Counted from the stretch's first letter, positions 38,002 through 47,895 are shown. The stretch is DNA of 53,491 nucleotides from Comamonadaceae bacterium (GCA_947464665.1 CANHXV010000001.1:1-53491), one strand, 5' to 3'. A program made the numbers and translations. The notes: generated by a model from the sequence alone, not told the origin.

Positions 38002-39180
38002 GTGATAGATGACAAATGGAACGCTTTTGTTCCTGGTGAAAAATTTTTAATCCAAGAGCAAGCAAATGGGTCATTGGCTGGCTTGACCATGTCAGTCAAG
38101 GATTTATTTGACATCGCAGGACACCCTACAGGCGCTGGCAACCCTGATTGGCGCTCATCTCACGCAGTGCCGCTACAACATGCTGATCTGGTTCAGACGC
38201 TTTTCAATGCAGGCGCCGGCTTCGTCGGTAAAACCATCACAGAAGAGTTGGCTTACAGTTTGGTGGGCGAAAATGCGCACTACGGAACGCCAATGAACCC
38301 GCACAACCCGGATTGCATACCCGGTGGATCAAGCTCTGGTGCAGCCGCTGCCGCAGGTGCAGGACTTTGTGATTTTTCGATCGGAACCGACACAGCTGGC
38401 TCGATCCGCTTGCCTGCAAGCTTTTGTGGTCTTTGGGGATTCAGACCTTCTCATGGCGTCTTACCCATCAAGGGCCTGGTTCCGCTTTCGCCCAGTTTTG
38501 ATACGCCAGGCTGGATGTCCAAATCATTTGATCCTTTTTTTCGCGTGGGCTCAGCCCTTTTGCCGCCTGATCAAAATGCCAGTGAGTTAGCTCATTTGAA
38601 GCTGGCTTTCCCTGAGGATATCTGGCGGCTTGTTCATCCTGGTTTTGATGCAGTATTGAAACCAATCACTGATCGAATCGCAAGCTTGTTCAATGGTGTG
38701 GTCAATGACAAGCTTTCCCAAGCTCAATTGATTGAATGGCAAGAAGCTTTCCGCTTTGTACAAGGCCATGAAGCCTGGTCAGTGCATGGCGCCTGGATTC
38801 GCAGCCAAAATCCTCATTTTGGTCCGGGTATCAAGGAGCGGTTTGAGTGGGCATCCACAATCGATGATGAGCAGGCAAAAGCTGCTCGAATCGATACCCT
38901 TAAAAATGCCAATCGGGTGAGCGCCTATTTAGAGGGGGCGGTCATTTGCATGCCAACAGTCTCCTACTTGGCCCCGCAAAAAGGCCATGCCAGCAGCGCT
39001 GAAGATCGTACCAATGCAATGAGTTTGTTGTGCATCGCTTCCTTGGCAGGTTCGCCGCAGATCACCATGCCACTGGCCGTTCTTGACGGCAAAGCTGTGG
39101 GTTTATCTTTGCTGAGTCGCCGCTTTAGTGATCGGCAACTCTTGTCACTGGCTCAAAAGATTCAGAGTTTGTTGAGCTGA
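38002..39180 (+). CDS. Amidase-signature family amidase (short type)
   Basis: VKDLFD, GENAHYGTP, PGGSSSG and GTDTAGSIR. GTG start with a GGAG RBS. Confidence 0.93.
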   Translation: MIDDKWNAFVPGEKFLIQEQANGSLAGLTMSVKDLFDIAGHPTGAGNPDWRSSHAVPLQHADLVQTLFNAGAGFVGKTITEELAYSLVGENAHYGTPMNPHNPDCIPGGSSSGAAAAAGAGLCDFSIGTDTAGSIRLPASFCGLWGFRPSHGVLPIKGLVPLSPSFDTPGWMSKSFDPFFRVGSALLPPDQNASELAHLKLAFPEDIWRLVHPGFDAVLKPITDRIASLFNGVVNDKLSQAQLIEWQEAFRFVQGHEAWSVHGAWIRSQNPHFGPGIKERFEWASTIDDEQAKAARIDTLKNANRVSAYLEGAVICMPTVSYLAPQKGHASSAEDRTNAMSLLCIASLAGSPQITMPLAVLDGKAVGLSLLSRRFSDRQLLSLAQKIQSLLS

Positions 39181-39214
39181 TCTTTGCTGATTACTTGCTA
39201 GAAGCAACGGCAAA

Positions 39215-39961
39215 TTAGAAAGTGGGTGGGGTACTTACCCAGAGCACACGCGTGGTCTGTTTTCCAGGATTGCGATAGGAATGAGGCTCTTCGGAACGGT
39301 AGACAAATGAATCGCCCGAGTGAAGTAAATACTGCACGCCGCTGACAGTCAATTCAAACACACCGCTCAGCACATAGCCCACTTCTTCTCCTTCATGGGT
39401 CAGGACACCATCACTGCCACCACCGGGCTCAAGTATGTGCAAATTGCCTTCCAGTAAATGGCCCAAATTAGCAGGGATGAGCCGTTCCAGTCGAGAGCCA
39501 TTGGCATCAATGCGAAATGTGGAGCGATCCTTGGCGCGCGTGACCACGCCATGATCGGCTCGTGATTCGCTGAACAAGGCGGTGATGGTGATATCCAAGC
39601 TGTGAACAATCCGGTGCAGTAAGGTCAGAGATAACTGGGCTTTGCCGTTTTCCACTTTGGAGAGCATGCTCTCAGAACAAAGCGTACGCTCCGCCAGGTC
39701 CTTAAGTGTCAAACCTTTGATGTGCCGTAAATTTCGGATACGTCGACCTATGTCATCACCGTAAAGAGCCTGCTCTTTCATGGCCGTGTTGGGGGAGAGT
39801 TTTAAACCAGATGGACGCGAACGTGGTTTGGTGACTGACTTGGAAGTTGCAACATGGGCACCAGGCGTCTTTTGCTTTGCTTTTTTCTCAACTGGCGCAC
39901 CGCTTGAGTTTTGATGTTCGTTGGCTTTTTTGAGCATTTTTTGGGGTGTGGCTGATGGCAT
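39215..39961 (-). CDS. XRE-HTH plus cupin transcriptional regulator (PuuR-like)
   Basis: IGRRIRNLR...LTLKDLA...SESMLSKVENG, and cupin motifs HEGEEVGYVLSG and GDSF...PHSYRNPG. Lys-rich N-terminal extension. Confidence 0.92.
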   Translation of the reverse strand: MPSATPQKMLKKANEHQNSSGAPVEKKAKQKTPGAHVATSKSVTKPRSRPSGLKLSPNTAMKEQALYGDDIGRRIRNLRHIKGLTLKDLAERTLCSESMLSKVENGKAQLSLTLLHRIVHSLDITITALFSESRADHGVVTRAKDRSTFRIDANGSRLERLIPANLGHLLEGNLHILEPGGGSDGVLTHEGEEVGYVLSGVFELTVSGVQYLLHSGDSFVYRSEEPHSYRNPGKQTTRVLWVSTPPTF

Positions 39962-40145
39962 CAAGTCAAAGAATTTAGGCGCTTAAAAACAAGCATTTAA
40001 AAAGCAAAAAGACTTGAAAAGGAAATGATTTCACAGCCCAAGGCTTGCTGAACCTAGATTACCAGTTGCACATTTATTGACACACAGGATTTAACCACAT
40101 TGTTGTGATTTTTTTTGATTTGTGCCGCATAACATTGTGAACGCT

Positions 40146-40170
40146 CTAGGCCCAAACGCATTGGGCCTAG
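40146..40170. terminator. Hairpin downstream of the enolase-family gene
   Basis: Perfect 10-bp inverted repeat CTAGGCCCAA-acgca-TTGGGCCTAG, 29 nt past the stop at 40199. No clear U-tract. Confidence 0.5.
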
Positions 40171-40198
40171 GGTCTTTGCCCAGTATGGTAATTCGTGG

Positions 40199-41392
40199 TC
40201 AGCGGCTGACCCGAACCACGGCATCGGCACGTTGGTGCAGATCGGGCAGCAACTCCAGCCCCAAACCTGGCTTGTCGTTCAGGCTGATCATGCCGTTCTT
40301 CACTTGCGGCAATTCGGTCACCAGCTCCTTGTACCAGCCAGAATAAAAGGCACGCACGCTTTCCTGGATCAGCGCATTGGGCGCGTGCAACGACAAGTGC
40401 GTGGACGCAGCCCACACCACCGGCCCTGTGCAGTCGTGCGGGGCCACAGGCAGCTGCCAGGCGTCGGCCATGGCAGCGATTTTGCGTGCCTCTGTCAGGC
40501 CTCCGCACCAGCTCAAATCGAGCATGACGACGCCTGCTACGCCAGTTTGCAAATAATCCTTGAAACCCCATTTGTAACTCAGCGTTTCGCTCGCACAAAT
40601 CAACGCCTTGCAGTCCACCGCATACTGCTTGAGCAAATCGAGGCTGTCCATGCGAATCGCGTCCTCGTGCCAGAAGGTGTCGAACTCTTGCAGGGCACGT
40701 GAAATCTTTTGCGCCATGGGCAAGCGCCACAGGCTGTGGAACTCGACCATGATGTCCATCTTGTCGCCCACAGCATTGCGTATTTTTCGAAACGGCTCCA
40801 ACGCGGTGTTCAGGTCTTGCGGGCTGATGTATTGTCCGTGCGACTTTTCAGCAGCCACATCAAAGGGCCAAATCTTCATGCCCGTGATGCCTTCGCTCAA
40901 AAGCGACTCGGCCACCTCGTCGGCGCGGTGCAAAAAGCCTTGCAGGTCTTCGTAAGGCCCGGCGCCCTGCCCCAAGCCCCAGTTACTGCTGGTCTGGTTC
41001 ACGTTGCTGCGGATGTATTGGTAGCCCGCGCAGGTGTTGTAGACGCGAATTTCGTCGCGGCTTTTGCCGCCCAAAGCGGTGTACAACGGCATGCCAGCGG
41101 CTTTGCCAAAAATGTCCCACAGCGCGATGTCCACCGCCGAATTTCCGCGAGTCTCAACACCGGACCCACGCCAACCCAGATAGCCCGTGATGTCGCGCTG
41201 GCGTGACTCGATGGCCAGTGGATCCTGGCCCACCAGTTTGGGCGCGACCCATTCGTGCAAATACGCCTCCACCGCCTGCGCGCCCATGAAGGTTTCACCC
41301 AGGCCCATCAGGCCCTCGTCAGTGTGCAGACGCACCCAGATGATGTTGGGAAATTCACCCAAGCGGATAGTTTCGAGTTGTGTGATTTTCAT
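40199..41392 (-). CDS. Mandelate racemase/enolase superfamily protein (probable sugar-acid dehydratase)
   Basis: GLGET, SAVDIALWD, LGGKSR, KIWPF, MVEFH, WHED, ASET and APHDC. Start refined to ATG 41392. Confidence 0.92.
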   Translation of the reverse strand: MKITQLETIRLGEFPNIIWVRLHTDEGLMGLGETFMGAQAVEAYLHEWVAPKLVGQDPLAIESRQRDITGYLGWRGSGVETRGNSAVDIALWDIFGKAAGMPLYTALGGKSRDEIRVYNTCAGYQYIRSNVNQTSSNWGLGQGAGPYEDLQGFLHRADEVAESLLSEGITGMKIWPFDVAAEKSHGQYISPQDLNTALEPFRKIRNAVGDKMDIMVEFHSLWRLPMAQKISRALQEFDTFWHEDAIRMDSLDLLKQYAVDCKALICASETLSYKWGFKDYLQTGVAGVVMLDLSWCGGLTEARKIAAMADAWQLPVAPHDCTGPVVWAASTHLSLHAPNALIQESVRAFYSGWYKELVTELPQVKNGMISLNDKPGLGLELLPDLHQRADAVVRVSR

Positions 41393-41414
41393 GGCAGCAC
41401 CCATTTCAGTCGTT

Positions 41415-41446
41415 AAAAAAGCCCCACAGCGTGCGGCTGTGGAGCT
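41415..41446 (-). terminator. Rho-independent terminator/attenuator between dctP and the dehydratase gene
   Basis: Minus strand reads AGCTCCACAGC-cgcac-GCTGTGGGGCT-TTTTT. Confidence 0.7.
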
Positions 41447-41478
41447 GGGTGGCTCAGCAAAAGGCTGAGCGCGAGGGA

Positions 41479-42486
41479 TCAACCACCGCGTGCTTTTCTC
41501 AATTCATCTTGCACCACCTTGATGGCGTCGGCTCCGATCGAGTCCTTGTGCTTGTCGTAAACCGAAGCAACTTTGGCACGAATGCGGTTTTGCTCTGCAG
41601 AGTTGACTTCGTTGACCTGCATGCCCTTGGTCTTCAGGCTCGCCAATGATTTTTCATTCAAAGCGCGGTTGGCAGCGCGTTGCACTTTCTGACCTTCCAT
41701 GGCGGCTTCACGCAACACAGCCTGCTCTTGGGGGTTGAGTTGGTCCCACAGTTTCTTGCTGTAAAGAACCAGGAAAGGCGTGTAGGCGTGGCGCGTCACA
41801 CTCAGGTACTTTTGCACTTCATTGAACTTGGAGGTTTCAATGGTCACAAAGGGGTTTTCCTGACCGTCAATGGTCTTGGTTTCCAAAGCTGTGAACACTT
41901 CGCCAAATGCCATGGGAACGGCGTTGGTGCCCAAAGTTTTGAAGGTGTCCAGGAAGATGTTGTTTTGCATGACGCGCACTTTGACGCCATCAAAGTCTTC
42001 CAGTTTGGTCACTGGGCGCTTGCTGTTTGTGAGGTTGCGAAAACCGTTTTCCCAATACGCCAAGTTCACCAAGCCTGCAGCTTCGAGCTTGGCATTGAAG
42101 TACCTGCCAGCTGCACCGTCGAGCACGGCATCAGCTTCTTTTTCATTGGCAAACAAGAAAGGCAAATCGAACACACCCAGCTCTTTGATGATGCCCACCA
42201 GCGGTGAGCTGGAGGTACACACCATCTCTTGGGTACCTGCACGCAAGGCTTGGGTGGCAGGCAAGTCGCCGCCCGCAGCGCCGCCCCAGAAGGCGGTGAT
42301 CTTCATCTTGCCACCGGTCTTGGCAGCCAAGACTTCTTGCATTTTCTTGACACCTAAGCCCACTGGGTGGTCTTCGTTCACGCCGTTCGTGAACTTGATG
42401 TTGCGATCGGCAAACTGCGCCATGGCGCTCGATACCACCAGGAATGTGCCCGCGATCAGGGTCACCAGATTTCTGCGTTTCAACAT
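41479..42486 (-). CDS. dctP: TRAP transporter substrate-binding protein
   Basis: FDLPFLF, WENGFRN, KVRV, MAFGEVFTAL and IDGQENP. Confidence 0.95.
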   Translation of the reverse strand: MLKRRNLVTLIAGTFLVVSSAMAQFADRNIKFTNGVNEDHPVGLGVKKMQEVLAAKTGGKMKITAFWGGAAGGDLPATQALRAGTQEMVCTSSSPLVGIIKELGVFDLPFLFANEKEADAVLDGAAGRYFNAKLEAAGLVNLAYWENGFRNLTNSKRPVTKLEDFDGVKVRVMQNNIFLDTFKTLGTNAVPMAFGEVFTALETKTIDGQENPFVTIETSKFNEVQKYLSVTRHAYTPFLVLYSKKLWDQLNPQEQAVLREAAMEGQKVQRAANRALNEKSLASLKTKGMQVNEVNSAEQNRIRAKVASVYDKHKDSIGADAIKVVQDELRKARGG

Positions 42487-42521
42487 GAATGTCTCCTTTA
42501 AAAAAACACAGGGTTAAGAAA

Positions 42522-43820
42522 TCATCTCAGCATCCATTTCATCGGCTCGATGACGATGGAGGGCAAAGCAATCAACAAAGCCAGCACGCCCAGTTGCGCC
42601 CACAAGAAGGGTAAGACTCCCTTGAAAGCGGTGTCCATGTTGATTTTGGCCACACCGCACACAACGTTGAGTACCGTACCCACCGGTGGGGTGATCAAAC
42701 CGATGGCGTTGTTCATGATGAACAGAACACCAAAATAAACGGGGTCAATGCCCGCCTTGATCACCAGCGGCATCAGTACGGGTGTCAGAATCAGCACCGT
42801 GGGTGTGAAGTCCAGCGCCGTTCCCACCACAATGACCAAGAGCATCAACACCACCATGAGCAAGGTCTTGTTGCCCATGAGTGGCTCCATCATACGGGCC
42901 ACTTCGGCCGGAATGTTGGCCACCGTGATGAGCCATGCGCTGACCATGGCGGCTGCCACCAAAAACATGATGACGGAGGTGGTCTTGCCGGCTGCCAAAA
43001 TCAAGCCGTAGAGCTTGGACCATTCCAATTCGCGGTAAATGAACGCGCCCACCACAAAGCTGTAAACCGCAGCCACCACGGCCGCCTCGGTCGGGGTGAA
43101 TACACCGAATTTCATGCCGCCGATGATGAACACCGGCAAACCCAGCGCCAAAATACCTTGACGCGTGGCCTGCAATTTTTCGGCAAGTTTCATGCGAGGT
43201 CCCGGCTGCACGTTTTCACGCTTGGCGACCCACCACCACGTCAAGCCAATCGCGACCCCCATCAACAGGCCCGGCACAATGCCCGCCAAGAATAATTTGG
43301 TGATGGACACATTGGCCGCCACACCAAAGATGATGAAGCCGATCGAAGGAGGGATCACCGGCGCGATGATACCGCCGGAGGCGATCAAGCCGGCCGAGCG
43401 TCCCACGTTATAGCCGGCTCGCTTCATCATGGGGATCAACAAGGCTGCCAAGGCTGCGGTATCTGCCACCGCAGAGCCTGACAGGGAGGCCATGATGACC
43501 GCTGCCATCACTGCCACGTAACCCAAGCCCCCACGGAAATGTCCGACCCAGGCCATGGCCAGGTTCACGATGCGGCGGCTCAAACCACCCGCGTTCATAA
43601 ACTCACCAGCCAACAAGAAAAACGGCACGGCCAACAGCGGGAAGTTGTCTGCCCCGTCGACAAAACGCTGCGCCAAAATTTGGCTGTCGAAAGCGTTGAT
43701 CATGCCGTTGCTGGCCATGTAGGCCATTAGGCTCAAACCACACACCAACAAGGCGTAGGCAATGGGCATGCCCAGTGCCATGGCACCCAGCAAGCTGAAA
43801 ACAAAAACGGCGATGGTCAT
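42522..43820 (-). CDS. dctM: TRAP transporter large permease
   Basis: LAVPFFLLAGEFM, SGSAVAD, IPPS, TPTEA and GLITPPVG. Confidence 0.96.
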   Translation of the reverse strand: MTIAVFVFSLLGAMALGMPIAYALLVCGLSLMAYMASNGMINAFDSQILAQRFVDGADNFPLLAVPFFLLAGEFMNAGGLSRRIVNLAMAWVGHFRGGLGYVAVMAAVIMASLSGSAVADTAALAALLIPMMKRAGYNVGRSAGLIASGGIIAPVIPPSIGFIIFGVAANVSITKLFLAGIVPGLLMGVAIGLTWWWVAKRENVQPGPRMKLAEKLQATRQGILALGLPVFIIGGMKFGVFTPTEAAVVAAVYSFVVGAFIYRELEWSKLYGLILAAGKTTSVIMFLVAAAMVSAWLITVANIPAEVARMMEPLMGNKTLLMVVLMLLVIVVGTALDFTPTVLILTPVLMPLVIKAGIDPVYFGVLFIMNNAIGLITPPVGTVLNVVCGVAKINMDTAFKGVLPFLWAQLGVLALLIALPSIVIEPMKWMLR

Positions 43821-44368
43821 GCGCGGCCTCGCAATTCAGGCTCGATCTCGGCAAGGACCACTTTGTCTTCCGAGTCAACCACCAGTACCAGATCCGCCTC
43901 AGCCAGTTGCCCAGTCAACAATTGGAATAACTTGTGCAGGTTCATGATGCCCATCACGAAGGCTGTCACATAGCCAATGCCATAAATCCAAATCATTGAG
44001 ATACCTACCACCACCGAGATGTTGGTCACCTGCAAGTCGTGCATTTTCCAGGTGCCCCAAAAGAAAAGAACGTTGCAGCCGAGCATCATCGCTTCACTCA
44101 ATAAAAAGCACAGCTTTTTACCGCCAAGGGGCAAGCGGCGCACCAGCGTGTCCACACCCAAATGGCCTTTTTCGCGCATGGCCACCATGGCCCCGATGTA
44201 GGTCAGCCAAATGAAGCAGTAGCGCGACATCTCGTCAGAGATTGAAATGCCCGAGTTGAAACCATAGCGCAGCACCACGTTGCCAAACACCATGATGACC
44301 ATGGCCACCAGACAGGCCACCACCAGAAACTCCAGCAGTTTGAAAAAAGCGTTGATCATTTTTTGCAT
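43817..44368 (-). CDS. dctQ: TRAP transporter small permease
   Basis: NVVLRYGFN, DEMSRY, WLTYIGA and HLGVD. Confidence 0.94.
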   Translation of the reverse strand: MQKMINAFFKLLEFLVVACLVAMVIMVFGNVVLRYGFNSGISISDEMSRYCFIWLTYIGAMVAMREKGHLGVDTLVRRLPLGGKKLCFLLSEAMMLGCNVLFFWGTWKMHDLQVTNISVVVGISMIWIYGIGYVTAFVMGIMNLHKLFQLLTGQLAEADLVLVVDSEDKVVLAEIEPELRGRA

Positions 44369-44382
44369 GCGTGTCTATCGGC

Positions 44383-44520
44383 TCAGGCCACTGCCTTGAT
44401 CACTTTTTTGACCGCTTTCTTGGCGGCGTGTTGATGGGGCCTCGCGCCTACCGCAGAGCGACCAGACAAAAAGGCCTGGCCCCATAAATCAAGGATGTTT
44501 TTGTGATAATTATCAGTCAT
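44383..44520 (-). pseudogene. 45-aa ORF, possibly an internally deleted FadR/GntR regulator
   Basis: MTDNYHKNILDLWGQAFLSGRSAVGARPHQHAAKKAVKKVIKAVA*. The first ~25 aa resemble the first helix of FadR-type regulators. It ends 14 nt before the dctQ start. Confidence 0.45.
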
Positions 44521-44542
44521 GGGGGAATGGATAGGGCAACCT

Positions 44543-44555
44543 ATCATAGGATGAT
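44543..44555. promoter_or_regulatory. Candidate GntR/FadR-type operator
   Basis: Palindrome ATCAT-AGG-ATGAT about 22 nt upstream of the 45-aa ORF and TRAP operon. Confidence 0.45.
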
Positions 44556-44677
44556 TGATCACCCGAGATAGACTCTGGTTAACCCTAGTCCCAGTCGTCT
44601 TGGCGTCTAGGGTTTGCCCGAGGTCGCTTTCTCAGATGCTCCACTGCTTGTTGTGTCCGACGTCAGCACGTGATCGG

Positions 44678-45145
44678 TCAGCCAAAGCCCAAAGGCAATG
44701 CCGTTTTATAACGCACCTGCTTGAGCGCAAAGCTGGATCTAATTTTCTCGACGCCCGGAATGGGTGAGAGCTGCTCCAATATAAATTTTTCGAGCGCTTG
44801 GATGTCTTTGACCGCCACTCGCAATAAGTAGTCGCTGTCTCCCGTCATCAAATAACACTCCATCACTTCATCGTGTTGAGCAATATGAGCTTCAAAGTCT
44901 GCCAAAGCTTCTTTGCTCTGGGTTTTCAGGCTGATTGATATAAAAACCGTGAGCCCCAAGCCCAAAGCACTTGCGTTTGCGAGTGCAACGTATTTTTCAA
45001 TGACCCCTGCGGTTTCCAGTGCTTTGACTCGCGCTAGGCAAGGGGAAGGCGAGAGGCCAATTTTTCGAGCAAGTTCGACATTGGTCAAACTGCCGTCTCG
45101 CTGTAAATGGTCCAATATCCGTAAATCTGTTTTATCTAAATTCAT
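44678..45145 (-). CDS. Lrp/AsnC regulator (MdeR-like)
   Basis: LDKTDLRILDHLQRDGSLTNVELA..IGLSPSPCLARVK and ECYLMTGDSDYLL. Start refined to ATG 45145. Divergent from mdeB. Confidence 0.94.
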   Translation of the reverse strand: MNLDKTDLRILDHLQRDGSLTNVELARKIGLSPSPCLARVKALETAGVIEKYVALANASALGLGLTVFISISLKTQSKEALADFEAHIAQHDEVMECYLMTGDSDYLLRVAVKDIQALEKFILEQLSPIPGVEKIRSSFALKQVRYKTALPLGFG

Positions 45146-45247
45146 ATGCTGATAATTTAATTTATTCGGAATTTTATGCTTTGAATAGTTTATTTTATAG
45201 ATGAAATTGATAGCATATTTTATCAATTGACAATTAAAGTTCTGTCT

Positions 45248-47848
45248 ATGAATACATCCATTGACATGACCGCATTTGCCCAAGACGCCAATCCCGAAGA
45301 AACCGCTGAGTGGCGAGATGCATTGCTATCTTTGCTTGAAGTTGAGGGCCCAGAACGTGTCAACCAAATTTTGAACAGTTTGACGGCTATTGCTAGGCAG
45401 CAAAGGACAGGTTGGCAACCTGATCTCAATACGCCATATGCCAATACTATTTCTGTCGACGAACAACCAGAGTTCCCAGGAGATATTCAAATCGAAGAAC
45501 GCTTAACGTCCATCATGCGTTGGAATGCATTGGCCATGGTTGTTCGCGCTAACCAAGCCTATGGAGAATTGGGCGGGCATATCGCAAGCTATGCCAGCGT
45601 CGCAGATTTGTTTGAAACCGGCTTCCACCATTTCTTTCAAGCACGTACCCCAGAACATGGCGGTGACTTGGTTTTTTTTCAACCTCACAGTGCGCCAGGT
45701 GTTTATGCGCGGGCATTCCTAGAGGGGCGTTTAACGGAAGAAGACTTGTTGCATTACCGCCAAGAAATCAATGTGCAAAAAATTGGTGCACGAGGACTGT
45801 CGAGTTACCCGCATCCTTGGTTGATGCCCGATTTTTGGCAGTTTCCTACAGGGTCTATGGGCCTGGGGCCCATCAGTTCGATCTACCACGCACGCTTCAT
45901 GCGTTATTTGACGCACCGCAATTTGTTGCAGTGCGATGGTCGGAAGGTTTGGGGCGTCTTTGGTGATGGTGAAATGGACGAACCCGAAAGCATGAGTGCT
46001 TTGACCTTGGCTGCACGCGAACGGCTAGATAACTTGGTGTGGGTGGTCAATTGCAATTTACAGCGATTAGATGGCCCGGTGCGGGGTAATGGAAGAATCA
46101 TTGATGAACTGGAAAAATTATTTTCTGGCGCCGGTTGGAAGGTCATCAAATTGGTGTGGGGAAGTGACTGGGATGGTTTGTTTGCGCGCGACACCACGGG
46201 TGCCTTGCTGAAGGCATTTGCCCAAACTGTGGACGGGCAAATGCAAACATTTGCTGCCAAAAACGGGCGTTACAACCGCGAAAATTTCTTTGGACAAAAC
46301 GAAGACTTAAAACGCTTAGCTGAAGGAATGACCGACGAACAAATCGATCGTTTAAAACGCGGAGGCCATGATGTCGTGAAGATTTATTCTGCTTATGCTG
46401 CCGCGCTTGCGCATCAAGGTCAGCCGGTTGTTATTTTGGCGCATACAAAAAAAGGTTTTGGAATGGGCAGTGCGGGTCAAGGAAAGATGACGACGCATAG
46501 CCATAAAAAATTTGATGAACAAGAATTGATTGAATATCGCAACCGATTCAATTTACCGTTGACAGACGAACAAGCAAAAAGTTTGGCGTTCTACAAACCT
46601 GAGCCAAACAGTGCAGAGATGTCTTATCTGTTAAAGCATCGCCAAGATCTTGGTGGCAGCATGCCAAAACGCGAAACTCATTGCGCAATTTTGCCTGTTC
46701 CCCCATTAGAGACATATGCCCAGTTTGCAATTGCAGCAGATGGCAAAGAGATGAGTACAACCATGGCTTTTGTACGCATGTTGGCCAACTTGTTGAAAGA
46801 TCCTGTCTTAGGAAAACGCTTGATTCCAATCGTGGCAGATGAAGCACGCACCTTTGGTATGGCAAATTTGTTCAAGCAAGTTGGAATCTACAGCAGTGTC
46901 GGGCAACGTTATGCACCAGAAGATATCGGCTCTGTGCTGAGTTACCGCGAAGCCTTAGATGGCCAAATTTTAGAGGAGGGTATCAGCGAAGCTGGCGCTA
47001 TTGCAAGTTGGACCGCCGCTGCAACCAGTTACAGCGTGCACGGTTTAGCGATGCTGCCTTTTTATATTTATTACTCAATGTTTGGTTTCCAGAGAGTGGG
47101 TGATGCCATTTGGGCTGCTGCTGATCAAAGAGCCAGAGGCTTTTTGTTGGGCGCAACGTCTGGCAGAACCACTTTGGGCGGCGAAGGTTTGCAACATCAA
47201 GATGGCAGCAGCCATCTGGTGGCTGCAACCATTCCCAATTGCAAAGCGTATGACCCTGCTTTTGCAGGAGAGTTGGCCATCATTTTGGATGCAGGAATGC
47301 GTGAAATGGTAGAGCAACAGGTGGATGTTTTTTATTACGTCACCCTCATGAACGAGAACTACTCAAATCCAGATATATCTCTGCAAAATGCCCACGGCGT
47401 ACTCCGCGGGGCTTACCATTTTGCTAACTTCACACCTGAAAACAGCAATCCCAAACAATTTGTGACTTTGATGGGGTCTGGTGCCATTTTGCTAGAAGTG
47501 CTAACTGCAGCTAAGACCTTGGTTGCACTAGACATCGATGTCGAGGTCATCAGCGTGACAAGTTGGAGTGAGTTAGCGCGTGATGGTCTGACATGCATTG
47601 ACCAAAGTCCACAGACCGTGCCTTACCTAACAAACTTATTGTCGAAACGCAAAGGCCCCGTATTGGCTGCTTCAGATTATGTATGCGCTGTGACAGAATG
47701 CGTTAGAGCTTATGTTCCAGCAGACCGAACGTATAAAACCTTAGGCACAGATGGATTTGGTCGGAGCGATACGCGTGCAGCATTGCGCAATTTTTTTGGT
47801 GTTGACGCGGCCGCCATCGTCAGAGGTGTCAAGCTCATGTTGAAGTGA
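45248..47848 (+). CDS. mdeB: AceE-type 2-oxoacid dehydrogenase E1 paralog (MdeB-like)
   Basis: GGHIASYAS, FPTGSMGLGP, TPP motif GDGEMDEPE...NCNLQRLDGP, YIYYSMFGFQR and GEGLQHQDG. Divergent Lrp regulator and no adjacent aceF/lpd. Confidence 0.85.
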   Translation: MNTSIDMTAFAQDANPEETAEWRDALLSLLEVEGPERVNQILNSLTAIARQQRTGWQPDLNTPYANTISVDEQPEFPGDIQIEERLTSIMRWNALAMVVRANQAYGELGGHIASYASVADLFETGFHHFFQARTPEHGGDLVFFQPHSAPGVYARAFLEGRLTEEDLLHYRQEINVQKIGARGLSSYPHPWLMPDFWQFPTGSMGLGPISSIYHARFMRYLTHRNLLQCDGRKVWGVFGDGEMDEPESMSALTLAARERLDNLVWVVNCNLQRLDGPVRGNGRIIDELEKLFSGAGWKVIKLVWGSDWDGLFARDTTGALLKAFAQTVDGQMQTFAAKNGRYNRENFFGQNEDLKRLAEGMTDEQIDRLKRGGHDVVKIYSAYAAALAHQGQPVVILAHTKKGFGMGSAGQGKMTTHSHKKFDEQELIEYRNRFNLPLTDEQAKSLAFYKPEPNSAEMSYLLKHRQDLGGSMPKRETHCAILPVPPLETYAQFAIAADGKEMSTTMAFVRMLANLLKDPVLGKRLIPIVADEARTFGMANLFKQVGIYSSVGQRYAPEDIGSVLSYREALDGQILEEGISEAGAIASWTAAATSYSVHGLAMLPFYIYYSMFGFQRVGDAIWAAADQRARGFLLGATSGRTTLGGEGLQHQDGSSHLVAATIPNCKAYDPAFAGELAIILDAGMREMVEQQVDVFYYVTLMNENYSNPDISLQNAHGVLRGAYHFANFTPENSNPKQFVTLMGSGAILLEVLTAAKTLVALDIDVEVISVTSWSELARDGLTCIDQSPQTVPYLTNLLSKRKGPVLAASDYVCAVTECVRAYVPADRTYKTLGTDGFGRSDTRAALRNFFGVDAAAIVRGVKLMLK

Positions 47849-47895
47849 TATGGACTGGGCAACCTTGTCGCGCTGATTGCCGCCAAAGACTTTTA

